DNA of 62,570 bases, from the NCBI GenBank assembly GCA_010015585.1, contig ML975150.1; one strand, written 5' to 3'. A model generated the notes under the pieces. It searched no databases. It was not told the DNA's origin and was given only the letters and a program-made list of their open reading frames with translations. Positions 49,241 to 60,046 of the stretch are shown here, piece by piece. Every line of letters begins with the position of its first letter. The first letter of the stretch is position 1. A program made the position numbers and the translations under genes. The stretch comes from Eremomyces bilateralis CBS 781.70. Taxonomy: Eukaryota.

Positions 49241-50101
49241 TCAGGTATCACCGTCGTCACGCCGCTGAACCGGAACCGGTGGAACTTGAATGTCGAGGCT
49301 ACGCTGTCGTTTCACAGGCAACGGCAAGGCCTACTCCGGATTTTCATGTCCGAACACAAGTGGAAAGACGGCCAGCCGACGGAGGAGGAAGCATTCATGA
49401 TGTTCAGTTACGGGGACGATAGCGCCGTTCCGGTCCCAGCCATCTTCATGTTCGTGCCTGGGATGCCCATCGTCGTCAATCACAATACCCACCAAGGCCT
49501 GAAGCTAGTCAACGGCGCCAGCTACGCGGCGTTGGACGTCGTTCTCGACGAGGCATACCCGGGCCATCGCATCGACGCCGACACCATCCTTCACTTCGGC
49601 CCTCCGGCGGGGATCCTGCTGGCGTCCGGGACGACACGAGACTTCCATTTCGTTGGCATGCCGGCTGGCACCATCCTCCTTACGCCGATCAGCGCCAAAA
49701 TCGAGTGCCAGAAGAAGCGGCCATGGCAAAATCAGGACGTCAGCCGGCGAGGATTGCCATGTACAGCCGCATTCGCCTGTACGGACTACAAAGTACAAGG
49801 CAAGACGCTAAACCCCGTGGCGCTGGAGTTGCGGGGGACGCAGGTGACCAACATCGACGGCAAGGCGGTGGCCAGCCAATGCGATCCGTACAGCTTGTAC
49901 GTGCAGCTGTCGCGCTGCCCGTCGCCGGATGGTATCATGCTCCTGTCCCGGGCGCGAGAACGGGACTTCGTAGGCAATCGGGTGCCCGATAACATGGTGG
50001 CGGCGGAGGCACGGTTAGGACGGCTGAGCGAGACGACCATCCAGGACGCGGAATCTTGGGACTGGTCATCCGAGGGGGAAAGGTTCACAACGCAGAACTA
50101 G
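49241..50101 (+). mobile_element. 5'-truncated Helitron-type Rep/Hel fragment (C-terminal PIF1/SF1B helicase domain)
   Basis: Open frame GITVVTPLNRNRWNLN...GMPIVVNHN..LKLVNGA...AFACTDYKVQGKTL...LYVQLSRC corresponds to SF1B motifs IV-VI as in fungal Helitrons. Walker A/B and the HUH Rep domain are missing, and an in-frame stop lies just upstream. Confidence 0.8.
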
Positions 50102-50174
50102 TGTTCGGAAAGGAAAGCAGCGAACCTGCGCGGATGTAATGTATATTCAGGTATTAGTTTGGTTAGCTATATTA

Positions 50175-50270
50175 GGCGCAAAGAAAGATCCAGGCACAAA
50201 GAAGATCGTGGCACAAAGAAAATCGCGTCACGTGTCAAGTCACATGAAAATCACGTGCAATGTCACGTGA
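50175..50270 (+). repeat. Tandem direct repeats GG(C/A)CAAAGAA(A/G)ATC x3 followed by TCAC(G/A)TG x4; probable transposon terminal region
   Basis: Copies at ~50175, 50193 and 50210; TCACGTG/TCACATG at ~50228, 50240, 50251 and 50263. Confidence 0.6.
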
Positions 50271-50832
50271 ATTTTGGTACCATGGGGAAAAAGGGCGGCA
50301 TAAACCTTGAGTTCCTCAAGGCATAGTTAAGCATGTCGTCCAAGTCAGTCAACTCTTTGTCTTTGATATAATGGAAGGTATTAGCTATTGGTTATGTTTG
50401 TTCCTAGGCTAGACTGTCATAATTAAAGAGAATCGAGACAAAGTTTCAGCAAGCAGACTGGACGAATTCCCTGGTCCACTAGAGGTCCACACTCCGAAAA
50501 CTGCGTGCTACCGAATTTCCGTTTGTAGTTTAGCGCCGCCATTTCCATGCTATTATGACGGATATTATGGTATTCATGACCCTCCTATTGATATGTTGTT
50601 CCGATCGACCTACGATCCGAGCCCTAGAGCTTGCTTTGCTTTCAACTCTCTCTAGATTTAGTTAAGGATTTTTATGTAAGACTGGGAAGACATACATCAA
50701 CGAGTATAATGGCAGCTGCGGCACACCCAATGTTGACAGCCACCCATCGGCCCGCCTGGGGGACCCAGGCATCCACCCACGCGGTTCCCTTTTTCGCCGC
50801 AGCGACAGCAAGTCCACGCTAATAGGAGCTAG

Positions 50833-52583
50833 GAAGTCGCAAATAGCTATCCGATACTGCCACGATATCCGCGATACATCGCCGCAAACGTCAGTCTTCT
50901 GGGTATACGCTAGCACCAAGGCCCGATTCGAAGAAGCGTACAGAGATATTGCAGACAGGCTAGAGCTTCCGGGGCGAGAGAATCCGAAGGCCGATATTTT
51001 ACGGCTGGTCTACGACTGGCTGTGCGAGGAGACAAACGGCCAATGGACGATGATCCTCGATAACGTCGACGACGTCGAGACCTTCTCGTCGCGAAAGGAC
51101 GAGCAAGATAAGCCGCCCGAAAGCCCGCCAGTATCACTGGCAGCTTACCTCCCGCAAAGCCGGAACGGATCGATCCTGATCACTTCTAGGAACAAGGATG
51201 CAGCAGCCGGACTGGCAGGAGGCTACAAGAATATCAAGGAGGTACAGGCAATGGACGAGAGCCAAGGCCGACAACTCCTCCGGAACAAACTACTGCAGGA
51301 CGCGTTGACCGACGACGCAATTGATCTACTGCGTGCTCTCGACTGCATCCCTCTTGCAATCACCCAGGCCGCTGCATACATTAACCGGCGAGCTCGAATG
51401 ACGATCCCTAAGTACCTCGACGAATTTCGAAGAAATAATAATAAGAGAGAAAATCTCCTAAATTAGGATGTTGGCGATATCCGCAGGGGCGATAGTGCAT
51501 CTAACTCGGTGGTATCGACATGGCAGATATCGTTTGAGCGTATTCGTAAAGGAAGGCGTTCTGCTGCAGACTTACTATCGATTATGAGCTTCTTCAACCC
51601 GCAAGGAATTCCAGAGTCGATACTTCAAAGGCGTAGGAGGAACAGGGCAGAATTAAACGGCGAAGGCGAGGCTGACGCCGCCTTCGAAGAAGACTTTGAT
51701 ACCTTACGGGCATATTCGCTTATAGCAGCGACTGCCGAGCTCGACATGTATGAGATGCATGCTCTAGTGCAGTTCTGTACCCAGGTCTGGCTGTCGTCGT
51801 TTAGTGATGCGGAGAGATGGAAGCAAAGGTTTATAGGGCTAATGGCACAGGAGTTTCCAACAGGGCAATTCGAGAACTGGGGGAGGTGCCAGCAGTTACT
51901 TCCGCATATCGAATCCCTATACGACAAAGAGCCGGCGACCGACGAGTCCTTGAAGGACTGGGCTCAGATTCTTATAAATTCTGCGTGGTATATGTGGATG
52001 ATAGGGAGGTATAAGATAGCACACGGCATGGCAGTAAAGGCGCTGAGTACTAGCGAAAGGGCATATGGGCAGGAAGACCAGATGACACTAATAAGGGCTA
52101 CCGTCCTGGCGTTGGTGCTACAAGGTTAGGGGAAGTACTCGGAGGCAGAGAAGCTGGAGCGGCGAGCGCTAGAAGGGAAGGAGAAGGAGCTTGGAATGGA
52201 TCATCGAGAGACACTAACTTCCGTCTACTACCTTGCCTATCTTTTACACAGGTGCAGGCGATATAAGGAGGCGTCCGAGCTCTACCAGAGAGCATCCAAC
52301 GGCTATAAGCTGGAGCTCGGTTCTCAGCACCCGACAAACTATTGCGTGTCTAGATCACTTTGCAGCTATGCAACAAGAGGCAGAGGAGGAAAGACTAAGA
52401 CCAAGCAGGACATCAGTTGACAATGATATAGAGGAGCTTAGAGAGATACCCACTGATGGTGTAGGTGCTAGTACTCTGCATGGTAGTGAGGCTATGCCTG
52501 AGCAAGCCAGCAACAGCTTGAAGAGCAAAAATGACTCGTTGTACACGCGCCTGAAAGGGAGGATGCGTAGAAAAGATGTATAG
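50833..52583 (+). pseudogene. Fungal NLR-like NB-ARC + TPR pseudogene, 5'-truncated
   Basis: After a CTAAT...TAG acceptor: (G)KSQIAIRY, FWVYAS, Walker B MILDNVDD, GSILITSRN, IPLAITQAAAYI, MHALVQ, and TPR GKYSEAEKLERRALEG. In-frame TAG at 51464-66 and 52127-29; +1 frameshift near 52337. Confidence 0.88.
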
Positions 52584-52872
52584 AATAGAAATATGACTGT
52601 TCTATTACTGATGTAGTTTCCTAAGTAACATGCTGTACTGTGAAGAATAAATCACCCGATTTGGATGGGTTTAAGGCAGAAACGCCCAACGGTTCAGTTG
52701 AAATAGTGGATTATGTAACATAATTTTGGAAGCGGGATTAATTCCAAATTTACAATGCTATTTCTGCATTGCGCTGACAACGTATGAGATCTCTTGTTAG
52801 GAGGACAGTGCCGAGAACAAATCAAAGTGTAAAACCGGAAACCGATTCTGCTCGCGACTGTATATGGTCCAT

Positions 52873-52970
52873 GAAGTGGTACAGTATATATTAGATTAGG
52901 AAGGATAGGCCTGAGTAGTGGTAGCCTGCATATCCCACGGGAGAGGTCAGGGTAATTAAATGAATCGACA
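52873..52970 (+). mobile_element. Short 3'-end copy of the LINE found at 61.5-62.0 kb
   Basis: About 100 bp aligns with the reverse complement of 61512-61610 (shared TTAGGAAGGATAGGCCTGAGTA and GTGGTAGCCTGCATATCCCACGGGAGAGGTCAGGGT). Confidence 0.8.
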
Positions 52971-53328
52971 GGAACGTACATCCAAAGGTATTTGGACCCC
53001 GGTTCATATTCGCCTGCCATATACTGAATAGCGTTGTTATGTACGCGGGGGATGAAAACGACATCAACAAATTGTCAGAGCGTTCGTTTGGTGCGTCTTG
53101 CAACAAGGCTGCCAGGAAACATTACCTTGGTCTCCGCTAGAAATCGGCACAGTAGCCGCGACCTTGCAGCATATTGGCAAAAGAAAGGCAAAATAAGGCG
53201 ACAGTTAGAGAAGGGTGAATAAACCAATCATAATGTGGAAGAAATGAGCTGGCTGGAAAAGCTTGGGATTGCTGAGCTAGTGGCATCGTAAGGCTGATAT
53301 GAGCAGAACACTATCGCATTCCGACACA

Positions 53329-56300
53329 TCATGTCTTTTTCGATTTCCGTCCTCCAACACCTCCCGCAAACCGCCCAAGATGACTTAGACTCGACTTCGC
53401 CCTCGAATGCGGCGCCGGCTGCTGATACGGCTGCGACGGCGCCAGCACCGGCGGCCGGGAGATACTCGCCGCCGAATCGGGTCTCACTGCCGCTCCTTTC
53501 GCCTGCGCGTCGGCCAGCGGCCTCCGCTCCCGGTCGTGCAGCGGCTGCGACCCCTGCGCGAGACCGTCGTCTTCCAACCCCTGCATCCGCTGCGCCTTGC
53601 GGCCGCGCTCCTGGGTTGCCTTGAATTTCTCGAGGAGGTCCATCCAGCGGACGGGGTCGTCGCGGGTCTTGAGACGGTTGGGGCGGTCGAAGTTGGAGGT
53701 GGCAGGCGTGGGTGGGGCGCTGAGGGTGACCACTGAGTCGGTGTTGCTCTTTTGACGGGAGTGGTGGTTGTGAGATACGTACGTTCTGGGGGCTATGTGA
53801 AGGTAGCCGATGGCGCTGACGCTATTGAGGCGGTTTTTGAGAGCGTAGAAAGCCGAGGATTGGGGGAGGAGCATGAGGAGGCCGTAGAGACATTTATAGA
53901 GGTGGGGGTAGCGCTCAGGTTCGAGGAGTTGCAAACGGAGGTCTAGGTAGAAGAATTGTAAGAACTGCGCTCACCGATTCGCACATCAGATCTTACATGT
54001 AAAAACCGGAGACTCCAGCAGCTGCACGAGTTTGTCAATCTGAATGAGGAGATTGACAGTCATCTCCAGTTCGGCACTAATCATGTTCAGCGGCTTCCTG
54101 TTACATATATAACGTCACTTACAAAATCTGTAATAGATTGTATGCTTGTTCGTACGCTTGACCCAACAAGCACAAAGAAAAGGTTGCGACGGAGTTATGA
54201 CACCATGATCGAAACAACGCGACAAAGAAGTGTTGTCCCTCGCGAGAATCTAGATTGCGCAGTCGTCTCCTCAGGTCTGCCAATTCAGGGGCTGTGATCA
54301 AATTGTTGTTAAGGTTTTGAATCATGATGCTGGCGAATTCGATATCCTCATCTTTCTCCAGGCAATCAGCCATGGTGCGGTATATCCGCTCGGGACTGAG
54401 GCTCAGACATAGCTGTCGAATAATCAAATTGCCTCTCGTCTCTAGCAATCTGCGGTCGGTTGCAAAGAGTTTGAGGAGGTTGACCATGAAGGAGGTAAAG
54501 TAGGAGTCATCGCTTCCCTTGGATATCTGGGATAGGAGAAGCAAATCCCGAGTGACGACGGAGTCGGATGGATCGGAAAGTGTCTTTAGGAGAGCAGGGA
54601 ATATCCCGTCGTTGATGGCTAAAATCTTTCTGGGCGACTTTCTATGCAGCATGATCAGCCACTGGAGCGCCGCGACACGTGTCGCTTCTTGCTCATTTAA
54701 GAACTGCAGCGTCAACGAATTGACAGCGGCCTCGTAGTCGAGGCCGACAGATGATAGCCGTGGCTGATCTTCGTTTTCGTATTGAACTGATGGTTGGGGA
54801 GGCTCCGCTGATGGTTTATCCTGAGACTCTTTGCCAGTGCTTCTCGAAAATTTGGATAGGCCTGATTCTCTGCGCTCCACCCCGACTGCCTCCTTCGATG
54901 ATCCAGTTGAAGGGGTCGGTATACTAGACGGCGCCATTGGAGCAGAATGCGTCTGCGTTCGCGGAGCGTCATCCGGTAGTGACAAAATATATTCGGTCAA
55001 GGAGGTGTTGACCCGGTTCGCTGCTTGGCGGACTTGCTCCACGTCATGAGCCATGGCAGGTAAAACCTGAGATAAGAGCCGTGGAACGAATGGTAAAATA
55101 TCCTCCGGACAAATGTCGAAGAAGGTGTCGATCCATCGAAGACTGGTGATTTGGAGCTCCTCCGAGGATGACTCGCTGAGAAAGGTGACCAAGATGTCGA
55201 GGATTTTAGCATGATCGACGTGTATGTCCTGACCAGGTATCCAATCGCTTTCGGTGCTGACGGATTTCTCATCATTTGCGGTATATGATCCTTCCTCATC
55301 ACCACTCAGGATGTCCTCCTGAATGTCTTCTCCCGCTGGACTGATTGGATCACTTGCCATGCTTGAGACTCCACTCTTACTGCTCATGAGGGACCGTTTG
55401 CCATTTCCACGACCCTTGCGGCTCTCTGCGATTCCTCGTTTGATCCGAGATATCTTCTTGATCTCCGCAAGGAAACGGTCGAGGCAAACCTGTGTGGTGG
55501 TATGTACATCCTTGTTCGGATCGCTCAGAAACTTGAATAAACCAGGCAAGAATGACGGTAGGAAAGTGACCAACTCGAGATCCGGTATTGAATCGAGAAG
55601 AGTTATCCAGTTGACCAGAAACGTCCGTGTGAAAGGGTTCAAGACGTTGATTCTTTCCTCCAGGAGGGGTATGAATTTGGAGAGGGAGAAAGCCGTGGGG
55701 AAGTCGACATGGGCCGCATCATCTTCCCTACCTTCATTGTCTGACTCGACAGTCTCACGAAGCATGGAGACGTAGGATGAAGCTGATTCTGACACGATAT
55801 CTTTCACAAGACGGTCCAGGAGTTCGGCCCCATTCTTGACCGACAACTCGGTGTCTGCGGCCAGCTAGAACCCGTTAGCCTCGCGGCTCGACATAACCCA
55901 GCTTTCGAAGTCCTCTTTACCTTGCACAGCGCGTCAAAAACGTCGTTGAAGTAGACCAGTATTTCGCCCTTTGCGACCTTGGCAATGTTGTACATGCTCT
56001 CACAAGCGTAGTATCGGACTCGGGCATCTTGGTCGGTGAAGCAGGCTAAAACCGGGGGAACGATCTCTTCCAAATACCGCGCAACTTCCTGTATATGGCG
56101 TTAGAAGTGGTCTGCGCATTGTATGAATCGTGAAGCCAAACCGGTCCGAGAGCAATCGAAGCCGCAGCAAGTCCGATGAGACCTCCATTCCGGGCATGCG
56201 GCTGGTGGACAGCATATGCATACTCATGGCATAGCTGATGGACGATCTTCTGGATCTTGTCGTGCTCTTCTGCAGCGAGCGCCTCGCGTACCACACTTTC

Positions 56301-56448
56301 GAGTCTGTTGGGGAGCTCTGTCAGCTGGCTCGAGAGTCATATGTTCAAAACGGTAGTCCGGTGGATTTTGCGCCACTTACTCAAGGGCACCGCTCTTCCG
56401 CTTGTCGTATATCTTGTCGTTCAAGGCCTTCTGGATGCTTGGATCCAT
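53329..56448 (-). CDS. VAC14: Vac14 (PI(3,5)P2 regulatory scaffold for Fab1/Fig4), ~7 exons
   Basis: ALNDKIYDKRKSGALE, ARNGGLIGLAAASIALG, DQDARVRYYACESMYNIAK, SVKNGAELLDRLVKDIV, LLETRGNLIIRQLC, LYGLLMLLPQSSAF. Confidence 0.96.
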
Positions 56449-57195
56449 GGCTCAAACTAACCAATGGGTTCCTATCGGCCGGGGAAAGTTGAGGTTTGAA
56501 ACCCTTGATGAAGCATAGCCGTTATCTCATGGCCATGACGTCTTTGGTGGGCTTGATGGAAATTCCCCTCGTTCGGCACTTGAAAGTCCGAAGATTGAGG
56601 CTGTTGTCACTTGTAAGACGGTGTGATCAAACCAGAATCCCGTGACACCCAACGGTGTAAACTTCAAGAATGACGAACACCACATCCAACACAGAATGGA
56701 GGTGATTCCAACCCAACCAGGAATCCTGGATTCACATGTCCCTGTGCCGACTGGAGCTCTGTCGCGTGGGGGGCTCAAATGCGCTACGTACCAGACAACG
56801 CGTCACATTCATTCATTCAGTCATTTAAGAGCACAAGGCCAGGCGCCACTGTGGCGGGGCTGTCAACTCCCGCTGTGCTGCTGTGAGCTGTCAACCACCA
56901 GAGCACTTACATTTCATCATGACGGCGTAGATGGAATAGTTATCGGATCAGCTTCAAACAGGAACGCTTCCTTGATATCCAGTCCTGCAGGAAAGCACAC
57001 TTGACTACTAAGCATTGAAACTTTGACCGGAGATGAGCGTCTCTACAGGTAGCTCCTGCAATAACCCCATCGTTGCCCTTGATTAGTAGCGTGGGTATCG
57101 ACGATCGATGTGAAGAGATCAAGAGATGAGCGGACATAAACCTTCACACTCAACGCCATTCTTGAAAAGTGTACAGCCCTAATAGAAGCCTCATT

Positions 57196-58913
57196 ATGGA
57201 GAACCCTATAGCATTTCTGCATCCCGGTCCCGATGAGAAGAAGTCTTCTTTCAGGCATTGGATAGTTGCTTTGTATGCTCCCAGTCCTGGACCTCAGTCA
57301 CTGTCGCTGATCAGCGAATTCTAGTATTGTGTGCAACTTTAACGTTGATTTGGGTATCTCATGTCTTGATGTTAGTTTCAAAGTACGAGCACTTCGCTAA
57401 AAGCACCCAGGGCCTGAGATCGAGCTCGTATATCCCCCCAATACGCCGTTCTCCCAATCCGACCTCTCCGCGATATGCTTCAACAGCTTCCCAGAACGAC
57501 ATGACGCAGACGTCACGGAGGATCTCGGCTTCCAATTCACCATTCGGAACAACAGTCCTAATGTCAGGCTTGAGTCTCCCAACGCCCCTTACGGGAGCGC
57601 GACTCTCCTCCACGGTAACTGTATCTTCCGACAGGAGTTCGATACCACAATCAAGCGGAGTTTCAATCAACGGACGATGTGTATCATCTCAAATCAACCA
57701 TTTCCTGCGTTGTTCATGCATGTTCTGCAGAGAATGACGTCGGAAACTGACTTTAGCAACCCGAACGTGTTGGAGCAGGCGTTCTTACACATCGCGAGCT
57801 GGCCAACCCCTTCGGTTGGGAGCCACAGCTTGCCCTTCATGGGATCTGTTTTGCCTTTCGAGATGTTAGTATATTATCCTCTATTGCAGATTCTCATCTG
57901 ACAGCCACAGCGCTCCACACGCTGCGTTTCCGCTTCAAGGGCTGCGTAGCGCGCAACTCCTATCTTCCTCCAGCGCCTTCATGGAATCACAACGACTTAT
58001 CCACGCCTATGAGCCCGTCGGAGACTGGGAGAAGTTGTTGCCTCACTTTCCGTCGATATCAGAGCTCTTCGTCCTGTTCGAGCGGCTCATCCTCTGTGAG
58101 AGTATTATTGTCTTCTCCCGAAGTCCTCAACTGTGCAGCGAGATGGTGTCGGCTCTTGTCGACTTGGTGAAGCCCATCCCGTACGCTGCCATCTGCAGGC
58201 CGTATATGACGATGCAGTCCGAATTCAGTGGCACCGGCGCGAGTCGCGGGCTTCCACGCCAGTTCTTGATCGGCATCACGAACCCGTTCATGCTCCAACG
58301 CATTCTAGGCCTTGCGGAGGAGCTGAATATCACGCGGCCACACGTCATCTCGCTTGGACCGTCCGACAAATCGGTGCGGATCAAATCGCAAAACTCTCAG
58401 AAGCGGAAGGACCACCATACGATGGACTTCCCCAGCGGTATGGATGCCCAGAACACGTCCAAACGATACATCAAGACGGACCGTGAGTTCGCCGGGACCG
58501 TCGAGTCGCTCCTTCGCGGGACGCTTTCGTCCTCGCACAGCTCTGCGAACGAGGATGTCGGGTCTTTCGTGCGCCGCTACTTCGGGCAACTCACCGCACA
58601 ATTCCTCGCGCCCTTCAACCGATACTTCGCGAGCACGGCCCAGGCCGCCTCGACGACCGACACGGCGTTCCCCTCGACAACACGGCCCGATGCGCCTCAG
58701 TATGCCAGTTTCTCCCTTACCGCGTTCCTAGCGAGCCTCGGGAAGCACGGCACGGGGGTCACCTTTCGCGGGCAAGCGCCGCTGCAGCGCCACCGCGCCC
58801 GGGACGCGATGTACACCGCGTTCTGCTCGTCGCCGAACTTCTACGCGTGGTTGGAGATGAAGTTAGGGCTGGAGAAGGAGGCGACGGCGGGGCTTCTCGG
58901 GAGCGGTGAATGA
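57196..58913 (+). CDS. DENN-domain protein (DENND6/FAM116-like Rab GEF); exons ~57196-57272, 57325-57353, 57411-57864, ~57911-58913; both ends uncertain
   Basis: Spliced WIVAFIVCNFNVDLGPEIELVYPP...FNSFPE...FRQEFD..KRSFNQ...CRPYMT..IGITNPF...FLAPFNRYF...FCSSPNFYAWL. Confidence 0.8.
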
Positions 58914-59674
58914 GACCCCCCCACGCATTACTATTCGGGATTTTCTTTGCAGCAGGAGCTAAATGCAATGCTAGGATGCGGCATGGGCCCCGACGAGATG
59001 ATACAACGGTATGTCACGGTGGCGGAACAACTCCGTCGCCAGCAGCGGGAGGGGTCAAGGATATCAAGGCGGTTTCGTCGGGCGTATTCCTGCATCGGAG
59101 GGGCTTTGGGTCCGGTGATAGCAGACGGATCTCCCTCGCTCGCGGCGGCTAGTCCACGGTTGCTCAAGAACCAGAGCCCCCGCCTCACGTCACTGGCCGT
59201 CAAGGAGAACGTGTGGCCCATACCTCATACCAAGACTCGCTCACCACCACCACCTCGGCGACGGTTCACTCGGAGCCACACCAGGGAACTCGGGAACGAA
59301 AAAGCGGTTCGAAGGATTCGAGATCGTCGATGATTGCCCCCCAACCTCTACTTATCTACCGTACGACATACATATTCCAGCACACATATCCTCATCAGAA
59401 TCCATGAGCGCGGACTTCTAACGTCCGCACGATCCAATATATTCGCTAATGCAACCCACCCGCCGATGACCGTACTCCAAAAAGCCATGTGAATCGTGAA
59501 ATCGCCAACCGCTTCAACTCGCTGCGCATCATGCAATGCAATGCAACTCGTCTCGAGGGTATCTCCGGCCCACTCGCCGTTCTTCCCTGCCATTGCAATC
59601 CCCTCATCGTCGCTACTCCCAGCATCATCACTCTCCCAAAGAATCGCAAATCGGCCGTTACATCCCGTCTCCCC

Positions 59675-60046
59675 TCATCTTCGCTCCTCCTTTATTGTCG
59701 GGATCCACCGATCTCTTGTCTCCTTGGGGCTCGTGATTGGCGAGGCGGTCGGCGAGTTGGTGCCTGTGGACGCGTAGATGTATTCGCCGTCCACGTACCG
59801 CGCGTCGGAGATGAAGGTGGTGCGTTTGGAGCGGCGGGTGTACCGTTGTTCGAGGCGGTAGAGCTCGAGTTCTGGGAGGCGTGGCAGGTTGGTTAGTATA
59901 CGATGTTTAATTATCTCGCGGTTGCGAAGGGACCGGGCTTGCACGACACTGATGAGCGAGGGATTGGATGGTTGCGGTTCGTCCGAGGTACGATACGGGA
60001 ACACAGGGTCGAACATACTTGCTTGTAGCTTTCCCATGAGACCCAT
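59675..60046 (-). CDS. Small hypothetical protein (74 aa); exons 60046-60019, 59871-59675
   Basis: A GTATGT...CTAAC...CAG intron gives MGLMGKLQAKLELYRLEQRYTRRSKRTTFISDARYVDGEYIY..., a pattern I recall from small Pezizomycotina proteins of unknown function. Confidence 0.75.
   Translation of the reverse strand: MGLMGKLQASMFDPVFPYRTSDEPQPSNPSLISVVQARSLRNREIIKHRILTNLPRLPELELYRLEQRYTRRSKRTTFISDARYVDGEYIYASTGTNSPTASPITSPKETRDRWIPTIKEERR

Noticed and set aside
50098..50102. CTAG|T as a canonical Helitron 3' terminus
   Set aside because: It coincides with the ORF stop codon and lacks a strong GC hairpin 10-20 nt upstream; likely chance.
50175..50270. CRISPR-like array
   Set aside because: Eukaryotic context, repeats only 15-16 bp with 2-nt gaps, no spacers and no cas genes.
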